Shown here in pieces: positions 1 through 9,742 of a DNA stretch of 64,000 bases. Each line of letters starts with the position of its first letter. Position 1 is the stretch's first letter. The translations under genes and the position numbers were made by a program. The stretch comes from a virus: positions 7,934 through 71,933 of IMG/VR virus record IMGVR_UViG_3300025771_000023; one strand, written 5' to 3'. The notes below the pieces were generated by a model, which was given only the letters and a program-made list of their open reading frames with translations, was not told the origin of the DNA and did not search any database.

Positions 1-754
1 GAATGTTTGCCAACTCGGCTTCGGCGTTCAGACCATGAATTGCCTTAAGGTCCTGAGCAAGCTCAAGTGAGTACTCAGCCTTCAGTGCGCGTGACTTGGC
101 AGTAACGGTGACCTTCTCGATCGAGAATGCCATCTGGTTAAAGTTCTCGGACTCGCCAAGACCTTCAGCAGCATCGGTTCTCATGCCCTGACCAACGTTG
201 TACTGATTAGCACCAGTTCCAGCGTTAGTAGATTGATCGGTTGGGCTAAGGATTGAAGGATTGCTTCCACCCTGAGCAGTAGTACCAAGACCGACAGCAC
301 CATCAACGAAACCAGCAGTCTCGTTGAATCCTGAGTCTTGACCGGAGAATGCCGAATCTACTTCGTTGTAGAAGTTCTCGCTACCAGCATTAGTCTTATA
401 ACGGGAGCGCATCGCAAAGATGAGTCCGGTAGGACCGTTCATTGGTTGGACACCGCAGATGTCGTATGCCATCAGGTTAGGCATCGAACGTCTGATCAGA
501 GAGATCAGAACGGGATCGAAACCTTGCAGTGCGCCAGTGGTTTGACCACCAAGACCAGCATAAGTGCCAGAAGCAGTGCTGTTGGTTGGTGCTTCGTAAA
601 GGAACTCACGTGCCTCACGAATTGAATTTTCTTGGTTTTCGAGCAGAATTGCAGTTACATTTCTACGATGGGAATCTTTGATAGGATCAAGACCTTCGTA
701 GTCTAAGAGTGGGGACCACTTCTCTTGCAATTGCTCTGCATTGAACATTTGCAT
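1..754 (-). CDS. gp23: major capsid protein, N-terminal part (runs off window start)
   Basis: Hand translation from ATG at 754 gives MQMFNAEQLQEKWSPLLDYEGLDPIKDSHRRNVTAILLENQE...FDPVLISLIRRSMPNLMAYDICGVQPMNGPTGLIFAMR...VTAKSRALKAEYSLELAQDLKAIHGL, typical T4-like gp23. GAGG RBS upstream. Confidence 0.98.
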   Translation of the reverse strand, partial: MQMFNAEQLQEKWSPLLDYEGLDPIKDSHRRNVTAILLENQENSIREAREFLYEAPTNSTASGTYAGLGGQTTGALQGFDPVLISLIRRSMPNLMAYDICGVQPMNGPTGLIFAMRSRYKTNAGSENFYNEVDSAFSGQDSGFNETAGFVDGAVGLGTTAQGGSNPSILSPTDQSTNAGTGANQYNVGQGMRTDAAEGLGESENFNQMAFSIEKVTVTAKSRALKAEYSLELAQDLKAIHGLNAEAELANI

Positions 755-802
755 TTTTTTTTACCTCGTTAAAATTGTGTAAGTTTGACTATGATCTATA
801 AA

Positions 803-1891
803 TCACTTTTTGGAAACTCTATGAAGAGTATTGAGATATGCACCCATGGTGCTACTTACTGAATCCTCAATCGAGTAATCAGTTTCTTCTGATAAATTTT
901 CACTAGAGTTTCTTTGAGCACTGGTATTTGTTGGAAAATATGATTCTCTCAAGGTTACCAGTTTCTCACGATAGCTCTGTTCACTATCAAACTCAACATT
1001 TTCAGCAAGAGAAGCGAGTTTGTCCTTCTGAGAAAGTGCAAGACCCTCAGCGACATCTGCAAAAATTACATCAGCAACTGACTCTGCTAATCTTTGATTT
1101 AGAGCAACATTTCTTTGAATTTGCTCGTTGAGTTTTCCTTCCATTTCATCAAGTTTATCTACCATGCTCTCGATTACATCATATTTTTCTTCAGGGATTG
1201 TTACATAATGATCTTCAAAAAGTTGCTTCATTCCTACCAGGAATGATTCTGTCATTTCAGTCTTAAGACCGTGCTCAACTGCGAGTTGATTGTCAGAAAT
1301 CCATTCATCAGCAACATACTCAAGATAAGAATCAACACGCTCTACAAGACTTTCTTTAATAGTATTAATTTCTTCTACAAGTGCATCTTCGTATGCATCT
1401 TGAAGTTGTTCCTTAACTTCTGCAACTTTAGAACGAATTGCAGATTCGAAAATAATTTTTGCTTTTTCTTGGAACTCTTCAGAAAGCTCTTCTCCTTGAA
1501 GAAGTGCCTCAACATCTTCATCGATATTAAATTCTTCTTCTACTTCCTCTTCAACAACTTCCTCTTCGGTAGTTTCTTCTTCGGAAACATATTCCTCTTC
1601 GGTAGTTTCCTCTTCAGAAACAAATTCTCCCTCTTCTTCCTCAGCAGATTCTGCAGCTACAGCCTTAGCATTAACTACATCCTTAACCTGAGCAACAGTT
1701 TTTGCGGGATCTCTCAATTTAGCTGAATCATCATCAGATCTATAATTTTCTGGAGTAGGACCACCCAAATCTTCAACCTGAGCTTGACCAGGAGTAGAAA
1801 CTCTGGAAGCATCAGATTTAATTTGTTCGGCAGGTGCTGCCCCTTTGGTTACTACGTTTTCCATTTCTTGTAAATTGCTACCAACGGACAT
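803..1891 (-). CDS. gp22: prohead core scaffold protein
   Basis: Very acidic, coiled-coil; LSEEFQEKAKIIFESAI and VDSYLEYVADEW motifs; lies between gp21 and gp23. Confidence 0.95.
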   Translation of the reverse strand: MSVGSNLQEMENVVTKGAAPAEQIKSDASRVSTPGQAQVEDLGGPTPENYRSDDDSAKLRDPAKTVAQVKDVVNAKAVAAESAEEEEGEFVSEEETTEEEYVSEEETTEEEVVEEEVEEEFNIDEDVEALLQGEELSEEFQEKAKIIFESAIRSKVAEVKEQLQDAYEDALVEEINTIKESLVERVDSYLEYVADEWISDNQLAVEHGLKTEMTESFLVGMKQLFEDHYVTIPEEKYDVIESMVDKLDEMEGKLNEQIQRNVALNQRLAESVADVIFADVAEGLALSQKDKLASLAENVEFDSEQSYREKLVTLRESYFPTNTSAQRNSSENLSEETDYSIEDSVSSTMGAYLNTLHRVSKK

Positions 1892-1923
1892 TTTTCTTTA
1901 GATTTATTGTATTAATCTATATT

Positions 1924-1931
1924 TATTTATA
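1924..1931 (-). promoter_or_regulatory. T4-type late promoter TATAAATA (gp22-gp23)
   Basis: Exact TATAAATA on minus strand about 35 bp upstream of gp22 start. Confidence 0.85.
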
Positions 1932-1933
1932 AA

Positions 1934-2587
1934 TTACAAATCTAAGAGGAATTGTTTGAATAATTCCAATTTATGCTCTTCAAGTTGTCTTTGACCTACG
2001 AGAGTATTAATTCTCTTCTGAGTTCTTTCTGCAAGTTGTTCGCGAAGAATACCGCCTTCCCAAACCCATTCTTTTCCTTCCATAATTCCATTAACAAAAG
2101 CATCTGGAGCAGAAGGATCTGCAACAATGTCGGCAGCAGTTGCCAATTGGAAATCTTCGCCGACAACTTTACAACCACTGCGATGATCTTCTCTCAAAGA
2201 TCCAACACCACGAGAAGAAACTCCGAGCATTACACCTTCATCCAAAAGGGAAGATGCAATCTTACCCATAGGAGTATTAAGAATTTGTGCCTTACCTCTA
2301 AAATTAGTTCCCTCTCGAACGAGTGAAGTAATTTTGTGAGAAACACGATCCAGATTTACGGTGGGTCCATCGGGATGACCAAGTTCTCCCAGAGCACGTC
2401 CCTTATTTACAAAGGTTTCGCAATAACGATTTACCTCACGGGAAAGTGTCTCCATTGGATACATTCTACCGTTACGGTTTTTGAGATCACCTTGAAGGAA
2501 AACACCCTCAATGTATAATTTCTTACTGGCACCCTTGCCTTCGGTAATAATTTTTACGTTTGATACTTCTTCTGTGATGAGTTTCAT
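1934..2587 (-). CDS. gp21: prohead protease
   Basis: KLYIEGVFLQ, NRNGRMYP, ALGELGHP, GVSSRGVGS and DIVADPSAPDAFV motifs. Confidence 0.97.
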   Translation of the reverse strand: MKLITEEVSNVKIITEGKGASKKLYIEGVFLQGDLKNRNGRMYPMETLSREVNRYCETFVNKGRALGELGHPDGPTVNLDRVSHKITSLVREGTNFRGKAQILNTPMGKIASSLLDEGVMLGVSSRGVGSLREDHRSGCKVVGEDFQLATAADIVADPSAPDAFVNGIMEGKEWVWEGGILREQLAERTQKRINTLVGQRQLEEHKLELFKQFLLDL

Positions 2588-2591
2588 TTGA

Positions 2592-2864
2592 TTATCCTGT
2601 GAATCCTACTTTTGTTCCTAAGACATCTGTTCCGGTATTAACATGAACAGTATGCGATGGTTGCTTTTCTAACAATTCTGTCGTATTGGCTAACATAGTA
2701 AAAGTTCCAATCGTGGGACCAGCATTCGTTTCAGATACTGTAATTACATAATCAGTTGTACTTGGATTTGCCAAGCGAACGACAGTAGCTTCACTAAAAC
2801 TAGATCCAGCACCAACTGTATTTGGAACTTGAATTTCTGTTCCCTTTAATAAAATTCTTCCCAT
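2592..2864 (-). CDS. small conserved head-region hypothetical protein
   Basis: 90-aa beta-rich ORF coupled between the small core ORF and gp21. Confidence 0.8.
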   Translation of the reverse strand: MGRILLKGTEIQVPNTVGAGSSFSEATVVRLANPSTTDYVITVSETNAGPTIGTFTMLANTTELLEKQPSHTVHVNTGTDVLGTKVGFTG

Positions 2865-3031
2865 TATTCCTCCTCGTGTGTTGCTTCAGAGTCTGCAAAT
2901 AATGATGCAGCAACCGAAGACTTTTGACTTTCAATTTTTTCTGCTGCTTTTGCGTATAATAAATTTTTAATCTGGTCAGTAACAACAGATGGAGATTCAT
3001 CCGTTGCAATCAAATCGATAAGCTCTTCCAT
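2864..3031 (-). CDS. small acidic prohead core protein (gp67-like position), not in ORF track
   Basis: Hand translation MEELIDLIATDESPSVVTDQIKNLLYAKAAEKIESQKSSVAASLFADSEATHEEE (55 aa); TAATG overlap with next ORF; follows a late promoter. Confidence 0.8.
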   Translation of the reverse strand: MEELIDLIATDESPSVVTDQIKNLLYAKAAEKIESQKSSVAASLFADSEATHEEE

Positions 3032-3053
3032 TAAATTTTTGTCAGTATAAAGT

Positions 3054-3061
3054 TATTTATA
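3054..3061 (-). promoter_or_regulatory. late promoter TATAAATA
   Basis: Exact motif between gp20 stop and ORF start at 3031. Confidence 0.85.
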
Positions 3062-3072
3062 TTTTGTTGCTA

Positions 3073-4710
3073 TTATATTTCTGGTGCCTGAGTCGAACTT
3101 GCGTCAATTTCCGGTTCCATTGGAACATCTCCCAAGTTTTGTTGTTCACTATCTTGAGGAATTGGATTACCCATTTCATCCGTTGGGGCATTTGGATCAG
3201 GAAGTATTCCTTTTTGAATCTCATCATCAATTTGATAATCAATTTCAATAATTTCAGAATCCGTTTGTCGTAAAATTTTCTTACGAACGTATTCTGTTGA
3301 AAAATATTTTCCAATATATGGTTCAATAGTCGTAACTAAGTTTAATCTTTCAGAAAGAAGTTCAGACTCTTTTAATTCTGAGAAATGGTTATCATACAAG
3401 AAGTCATATTGAATATGATCTTCCATGATTTCCCAATCATCTGGGGTTACTATATTTTTAAGCAGTAATTGAGTTCTCAGCATATCATTAAACATCTGAG
3501 AAAATCTTTTTCTTAAACGTCCAACAAATTTTGAGAACTTTAATTCATCTCTTAAAATTTCTGAAGAGCGACCAAGATTGAATCCCTCATTGGCAGCAAT
3601 TCTTGACTCTGGAACTCCCAAAGCTCTGTATAATTTCTTTTGGAAATACTCAATATCGGCAAGTTCGCCAAGATTTTGTCCACCAGGAAGAGTGGTAATT
3701 TCAGTACCTCTTCCGCCCTCTCTTCTTGGAAGCCAAAAATCTTCGAGCATTGACATAAATTTACGATCATCACGAACTTCACCAGTTTGTGCGTTATAAA
3801 CTAATTTATTTCTATAACGTGACATAACCTCTTTGAGGTATTGTTCTGCCTTTACCTTAGGAAGATTGCCAACGTCAATGTAGAAAATTCTACGTTCTGG
3901 TGCTCTTGATAATCTGTAAATAACAAGAGAATCTTCAATCATACGAAGTTGATTGAGAGCTTTAATTGCTTTGTGAAGATATGAAAGAACCGTTCCTTTG
4001 TTTCTATCTACTAATCCAGAGGTGCAATATGTAATAGAATCTTTTGCAATTTTAACTGTACCTTTAGACTTTGCTCCCATATAACCAACGTTATGGGCAG
4101 GAGCAGGAGAATAAACGTAATATTCTTCTATCTTTGAATGATTTATGGGAATACTGCCATCAGAGAAATTTCCATTTAAAGTATTATCTCCATTCTCTTT
4201 AACTTCTTGACGAACATGCTTCATCCTCATAGGATCAATGTATCTTAATTCTTTGATTCCTTCATGAGGTTTTTTAATGTCAATGACTTTTAGATAAAAT
4301 AATCTCCCATCAACATACCAATTTCTAAAAATTTCGTGCGACTTTCTATCAAAATCCATCATCTCTTTGATAGACTTAAATTCCTCTCTAATTATTTGCT
4401 TTAATTTATCTCCAGCATTTACATTGGTAAGTTCTATTTCCACAGGAGAATCATACAAATCACTAACAATTGCCTCATTAATAACATCTTCAATTGCACC
4501 ATCGCATTCTGGATGCAGTGCCATTTCCCGGTAACGACGAATTAAATCGTACTCAGTTCTATAGACACCTTCAATATCTACATACTGACCATAAAATCCG
4601 GATTGTATATAATGATCAACCCCGTCCTCATTAGTTTGAGGAACGGGGGATACTATAGAACTAGATTTTTTCTCTTTATCATCAATCGAAAAACCAAAAA
4701 GTTTCGCCAT
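3073..4710 (-). CDS. gp20: portal vertex protein
   Basis: YRLSRAPERRIFYIDVGNLPKVKAEQYL and EDFWLPRREGGRGTEITTLPGGQNLG signatures. Confidence 0.99.
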   Translation of the reverse strand: MAKLFGFSIDDKEKKSSSIVSPVPQTNEDGVDHYIQSGFYGQYVDIEGVYRTEYDLIRRYREMALHPECDGAIEDVINEAIVSDLYDSPVEIELTNVNAGDKLKQIIREEFKSIKEMMDFDRKSHEIFRNWYVDGRLFYLKVIDIKKPHEGIKELRYIDPMRMKHVRQEVKENGDNTLNGNFSDGSIPINHSKIEEYYVYSPAPAHNVGYMGAKSKGTVKIAKDSITYCTSGLVDRNKGTVLSYLHKAIKALNQLRMIEDSLVIYRLSRAPERRIFYIDVGNLPKVKAEQYLKEVMSRYRNKLVYNAQTGEVRDDRKFMSMLEDFWLPRREGGRGTEITTLPGGQNLGELADIEYFQKKLYRALGVPESRIAANEGFNLGRSSEILRDELKFSKFVGRLRKRFSQMFNDMLRTQLLLKNIVTPDDWEIMEDHIQYDFLYDNHFSELKESELLSERLNLVTTIEPYIGKYFSTEYVRKKILRQTDSEIIEIDYQIDDEIQKGILPDPNAPTDEMGNPIPQDSEQQNLGDVPMEPEIDASSTQAPEI

Positions 4711-4737
4711 TTTATAAACTTACTTGTGACCGTGTAC

Positions 4738-4745
4738 TATTTAGT
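4738..4745 (-). promoter_or_regulatory. late promoter variant ACTAAATA (gp20)
   Basis: TAAATA core overlapping gp19 stop, about 30 bp before gp20. Confidence 0.6.
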
Positions 4746-5331
4746 TGATATCTTCTCCGCCAGCTGCCGGAGAAGTTCCCTTAATTGCTTCCCACCAGTG
4801 AATTTGCATCTCAACAGTAAATTCTTCAATTGCTTCGCTATCGTAAGAGAGATTGATTGTTGAAATATTTGTTGGGAAAATATCATAGAAATGATATGAT
4901 CTCAAAATAGTTCCATCACGATTTAACTGATGGACAAAAGCATCTGCCTGATATGTTGCAGGATCGGTAGATCCAGTGCTATCAGACAAACGATTGATGT
5001 AGTTTGCCCATTTTTCAAATGATGAACGAATAGAGAAATCGACATCATTAATGACAGTAATTGTCCATGTTTCAAATGTTCTATCGCCAGCAAGTTTTAG
5101 AGTTCTTCCTCTAAATGCTACTTCCAATGGTGTGATATTTGAAGCAGGAAGTGCTGCTGATTTTACAAGAAATCTTGTCTTATCTAAGGTTACCGCATCA
5201 ATACCAACTGCTGTTGGAAAAGCAAGTTCAACTTCAAAAAGATTACTTCTTGTACCACCGCCCGACAACTTACTCTTGAAGTCGGTAATTTTCCTCAAGG
5301 GAATGTTATTAATTTGGTTTCTGGTTGCCAT
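4741..5331 (-). CDS. gp19: tail tube protein
   Basis: RSNLFEV, FRGRTLKLAGDRTFETWTITVIND, IEEFTVE motifs. Confidence 0.97.
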   Translation of the reverse strand: MATRNQINNIPLRKITDFKSKLSGGGTRSNLFEVELAFPTAVGIDAVTLDKTRFLVKSAALPASNITPLEVAFRGRTLKLAGDRTFETWTITVINDVDFSIRSSFEKWANYINRLSDSTGSTDPATYQADAFVHQLNRDGTILRSYHFYDIFPTNISTINLSYDSEAIEEFTVEMQIHWWEAIKGTSPAAGGEDIN

Positions 5332-5353
5332 TTTTTTAGAGCCTCTAAGTTAA

Positions 5354-7765
5354 TTAAAAGTTACCGATTACTTCTTCAAAATCAACACCAGTCTTGGTGG
5401 CAACAAAGGTCAGACCAATGAAGTTAATTGATCTTGCGGGTTTGATAAAGATATCTGCCACAAACTCATTATTATCTATCACCGCAGCAGTGTTATTTGT
5501 TTCATCGCAAATAACAACATAATCTTGAATACCTCTATTTGACTGAACATCACGTAAGAATGGTTCAACAACATTTACAAAGTTTGTTCTTGTAATTTCA
5601 TCGTTGAACTCAAAGAGTTGATCTTTCGCAGCAGCAGAAATAGCATTCTCAAGATAGATGAACAAGCGACGGACGTTAATGCGGTCAAATGCCGATGCCT
5701 TAGCAAGTCCAGTTTTATCTCCAAAGAGAACAATACCTGCACCAGGAGAGAATACAACTGGGTTGATTCTATTTGAATACAGACGATCTCTTTGTGCTTT
5801 TGTTGGATTGTACGCAAGTTTTACCGCGTTTAAGATAGAACCTCTTGATGTTCCTGCTGGAGAATACCAAGGGAAGTTATTAATATCAGTACGAGCACAA
5901 ATACCTGCAATATCTCCATTTAGCGGAACATATCTGAAAGTATTTGAGAAGCGATCATACATGTACTTATAACCACTATCAAATATCGCATAAGAAGATG
6001 AAGACACGGAAGCATAGAATTCAATTAATTTATTAGTAATATCTGATGCACTATAAACTGTTGTATCACCTTGTGTTGTGGTGTCGCTCATGATAGAATC
6101 TCTACTTGGAGATACAAAAGCAACAGCATCCTTTCTCAGTTCAGCGACAGAAATAACTTTATTTGCAAGTGCCTGAGTATCTACCTTAGCCTTGGAGGCA
6201 GATCCCATAAGCAAGAAGTCTGCTTTATAGTTATCTGTAGACTCAAACAAGTCATAACCATCGGAAAGTTCTCCAATACTTGCTGTCAGAGCACCAGATT
6301 TAGTTAAGTCAGTTTTTCCTCCATAATTTGTTCCTCCTGTTAGGTCATCAGTTGAAGAACCTGCAGCATTAAAAATAGTACCTTCTGCATCTCTATCCCA
6401 ACCACCATTCGAGACAAGTGCAAAATTAGAACTATAACCTGTCTCTACAGTGTTTGCGGGAGAACCTAAACCAAAGACATATTCTGAGTTATTTGCAAGA
6501 AAACTTCTCCAGTAAGATGGACTTCCTACAGAGAACTCTGCATCTTTTGCCTTCGAAAGACTTAAATGCTTCTCAAGAATAGTTCCTGCATTTCCACTGA
6601 TAGTTCCAAGAGAGTCAATAACAACAACGTGAACTTCATCAAATCTTGAATTTCTTGCTGCTGCATAGGCAGAAGTTCCAGGTCTTGGTGCAAGAGTATT
6701 CCAATTAACACTTGATGTGGTGGTTAAACCAACTGTTTGTTGATCGAACCAATCTTGTCTTGCGGTGTAAGAAGTAGAACCATAAGAAGTTATTTCATTA
6801 TTTTTAGTAATTGAAACGTCTCCCGATCCAGCAAATGCATAAACTCCGGATGGTTGATAATCTACGTCCGTTACAGTTCCTGCTGAGGATACATGAGAAA
6901 GAACTTTTACGCCTACAGAAGATGCGCCAATTTCAGTAATAATACCCTTTAAGTGACCATCAAGAGTGCTAGTTGTACCAGGACCAGGAAGAGTGGAAGA
7001 TATTGCCTGTGTGACTCCATATCCAACAACCAGTGGATCGCTGACTACTGAGTTGGAACCGAAGTCAAACGTAGTAGTAATATCAACAGAAGATAGTGAT
7101 GCAGTTGAAATACCAACTACATCTCCCACTGCAATTGAAGTAACTGTAGTGCCTGCAGCAACAACTCCAGCAACATCACATCTTACAATTTGCCCCAATG
7201 TTACCGATGCGGTCGAAATGCCGATTGTTGTAGCACTGCCAACTAAAGTACCACTTCTGTTAGAGATAGCAGCAACAAAGTTAACAACTCCAGATGTATT
7301 AATTCCTGTCAGAATTTGATCTGCTTTTGAGTCAATAATTGCAACTCTTGCCCCGTTTGCCCAAGTACCGGGGTTTCTGGCAGCAAAAACAACATTACTT
7401 AAAGTATTTTCATCATACCCTAAAGAATTGTAGTTGTCTAAACTATCAATCTTAACGCTTGATGCAGTTCCTATAAAAGCATTTTTTAATTGGGAGTCGT
7501 TTGCTCTTACAACTCTAAGTGATCCGCCATAAGAGAGATAAGAAGAAGCAACTAACCAGTTCTCATAGTGCTTATCTGTGGCATATGGTTGCCCAAAATT
7601 CTTAAGTAAACCATTCTCGTTCTCTACCAGTATTGGTACGTCTACTGGTCCCTTTGCAAAAGGTGCTACAATAGCTCCGATTCTAGCTGAAGAAGGAGTA
7701 ACTCTTCCAATAGTTAAATCAACTTCCTTTACTACAATCCCAGGAGATGCTAAATTTAATGGCAT
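5354..7765 (-). CDS. gp18: tail sheath protein
   Basis: SPGIVVKEVD N-terminus; PWYSPAG, FDRINVRRLF and IKPARSINFI C-terminal motifs. Confidence 0.98.
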   Translation of the reverse strand: MPLNLASPGIVVKEVDLTIGRVTPSSARIGAIVAPFAKGPVDVPILVENENGLLKNFGQPYATDKHYENWLVASSYLSYGGSLRVVRANDSQLKNAFIGTASSVKIDSLDNYNSLGYDENTLSNVVFAARNPGTWANGARVAIIDSKADQILTGINTSGVVNFVAAISNRSGTLVGSATTIGISTASVTLGQIVRCDVAGVVAAGTTVTSIAVGDVVGISTASLSSVDITTTFDFGSNSVVSDPLVVGYGVTQAISSTLPGPGTTSTLDGHLKGIITEIGASSVGVKVLSHVSSAGTVTDVDYQPSGVYAFAGSGDVSITKNNEITSYGSTSYTARQDWFDQQTVGLTTTSSVNWNTLAPRPGTSAYAAARNSRFDEVHVVVIDSLGTISGNAGTILEKHLSLSKAKDAEFSVGSPSYWRSFLANNSEYVFGLGSPANTVETGYSSNFALVSNGGWDRDAEGTIFNAAGSSTDDLTGGTNYGGKTDLTKSGALTASIGELSDGYDLFESTDNYKADFLLMGSASKAKVDTQALANKVISVAELRKDAVAFVSPSRDSIMSDTTTQGDTTVYSASDITNKLIEFYASVSSSSYAIFDSGYKYMYDRFSNTFRYVPLNGDIAGICARTDINNFPWYSPAGTSRGSILNAVKLAYNPTKAQRDRLYSNRINPVVFSPGAGIVLFGDKTGLAKASAFDRINVRRLFIYLENAISAAAKDQLFEFNDEITRTNFVNVVEPFLRDVQSNRGIQDYVVICDETNNTAAVIDNNEFVADIFIKPARSINFIGLTFVATKTGVDFEEVIGNF

Positions 7766-7801
7766 CTTGATTACCCTCGCAATCCAAATTTGTTCTAATA
7801 A

Positions 7802-7809
7802 TATTTATT
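7802..7809 (-). promoter_or_regulatory. late promoter variant AATAAATA (gp18)
   Basis: TAAATA core about 40 bp upstream of gp18. Confidence 0.65.
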
Positions 7810-7850
7810 GATTTGTCTTTTTTCAATGGGGAAACGATGCGTGAACAATA

Positions 7851-8081
7851 CTACCAGTCAGGATATTCCCATTCACATCTACATGGAACTCTTTTTCTTG
7901 TTTGTTGTATTCTTTTTATTGTACATTCTTTACATTCGTACGAATATGATGACATTGCAGATGCTCTATCTTTTTTAGTTCTATAAAAACCATCTATTAA
8001 ATTTTTTGTAAATCCACAAGATCTACACTTTCTTTCATTGAGTAATAAATGTCCTAATTTAATTTGATCATCAAAATCCAT
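7851..8081 (-). CDS. small Zn-ribbon protein (CxxC...CxxC)
   Basis: CRSC...FY...SYECKEC. Start moved to ATG 8081, which overlaps the gp17 stop (TAATG). Confidence 0.75.
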   Translation of the reverse strand: MDFDDQIKLGHLLLNERKCRSCGFTKNLIDGFYRTKKDRASAMSSYSYECKECTIKRIQQTRKRVPCRCEWEYPDW

Positions 8082-9727
8082 TAATGATATTCCCACATGT
8101 AACTTTTATCCCCATATTCGTCAGTAAACCATCTATCTCCCTCACTATCAGTAAATCCTCCTGGATCACTTAATCCATCGGAAACAAATCCAAATGGAGC
8201 CATATCTTGTTCTATCTGATTTTTTTGCTCCTCATAGATTCTTTTTCTGACATCATTATCAGTCATCTCCTTAAAATAGTCTTGTGCGACTAACCAAGAA
8301 AAAATAACTAAGCACATTGCAAGGTCATCATTACAACCTTCTTCCGCCTCAAACGAATTATGTTTTTGAGAGAAAGTTGTTAATTCGCTAATAATTTCAT
8401 AATCAACAGTCAGCAACTTATCATCTTCTAAAAATGTTTTGAGATTAGAACATCCCAACTTTTTAACTGCGGATGTCATACGAACACCAAGTTGAGATTT
8501 CTTACCGCTAAATCCTGTACCAACAATTTGACCAGCACGACCTCTCATTGATGCCATAAGAAGATTGTCATATTCCAAATCATAATGAAGAATATTTGCT
8601 ACCTGATCACCAATATCATTTACTTCTATTAGTAACCAAGCGTCATTATACGCTTTTCCAACTTCTTGAATAATGTTGGGAAAGAGCATTGGTTTGATTT
8701 CATTATTCCGATATTTTGCGACGACTTTGTACGGGAATTGTGTGATATCAAACACGATAAAAGCAGAATAGTCGTTCCCCAAACCCCGAGCAACATCAAC
8801 AGTAATGAGATAGTTATTTTCTGGTTTTGCATTTTCATAAATGTCAAGTCCTGCATTTCTTTTTATAGGATTTTCATAAACAAGATTTTTGAGTTTAGTT
8901 GGATTAATAAGAGTATTGGTTGATCCTAAAAATTCGCATTCAAACTCAACTTTGAACTGTGCTTCTGAGGTATTGGCAATCGTTTGCTCTTTCCAAGCTT
9001 GATCTCTGCCAGGAACTTCTGACCAGTGAACATCCGTTGGTACATATTCATTCTTACCCCTTTCCGCATCATGCCACATGCGGTAGAAGTGGTTCATACC
9101 GCGAGGAGTAGAAACGATAATTACCTTTGTGCTCTGTCCAGAAGAAATAGTAGGATAAACAGAGGCAAAGAAGTCATCAGCAATGTGATTCGGGATGAAA
9201 GCGAACTCGTCAAGAAAGATGACATTATAGGATCCGCCTCGGACAGCAGATGAAGAAGTAGAGTTAGACGAAATTTTGGACCCATTTTCTAATTCCAGAC
9301 TACCTTTGTTCCATGATATAATACCCTGCTGCATCCACTTCGGCAAGTTCTCATAAGCAAGTTGTAATCTTCCAAGAAGATCACGGGCAGTTGATGCCTT
9401 GTTTGCTAGGATGGCGATGTTAACATTATCGTTAAAAACAGCATAGTGTAAAAGATATGATACACAAGTAGTAGACTTACCAGTCTGACGTGGCATCTTA
9501 CAGATATTAAACCTATTATCATGGAAATTTTGAATTAGTTTTTCCTGAAATGGGTACATATCAAAAGGAACAAGTCCTTCATCAAGAGAAACAATTTTTA
9601 TATACTTCCTTGCAAAATATACCGGGTCTTGTTTACATTTGAGGAACTCAATAACATTCTCTTCTGTAAATTCAATCGCAGTATTTGCTTTCTTAAGGTT
9701 TGGGTTACCTAAATAAACTTCACTCAT
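8081..9727 (-). CDS. gp17: terminase large subunit
   Basis: YLGNPNLK, PRQTGKST (Walker A), IFLDEFAF (Walker B), VDVARG and DDLAM nuclease motifs. Confidence 0.99.
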   Translation of the reverse strand: MSEVYLGNPNLKKANTAIEFTEENVIEFLKCKQDPVYFARKYIKIVSLDEGLVPFDMYPFQEKLIQNFHDNRFNICKMPRQTGKSTTCVSYLLHYAVFNDNVNIAILANKASTARDLLGRLQLAYENLPKWMQQGIISWNKGSLELENGSKISSNSTSSSAVRGGSYNVIFLDEFAFIPNHIADDFFASVYPTISSGQSTKVIIVSTPRGMNHFYRMWHDAERGKNEYVPTDVHWSEVPGRDQAWKEQTIANTSEAQFKVEFECEFLGSTNTLINPTKLKNLVYENPIKRNAGLDIYENAKPENNYLITVDVARGLGNDYSAFIVFDITQFPYKVVAKYRNNEIKPMLFPNIIQEVGKAYNDAWLLIEVNDIGDQVANILHYDLEYDNLLMASMRGRAGQIVGTGFSGKKSQLGVRMTSAVKKLGCSNLKTFLEDDKLLTVDYEIISELTTFSQKHNSFEAEEGCNDDLAMCLVIFSWLVAQDYFKEMTDNDVRKRIYEEQKNQIEQDMAPFGFVSDGLSDPGGFTDSEGDRWFTDEYGDKSYMWEYH

Positions 9728-9742
9728 AACGAAACTCCTTTT

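Noticed and set aside
3073-9727. Introns or inteins in portal or terminase
   Set aside because: Both ORFs are continuous and of normal length, with no intein motifs seen.
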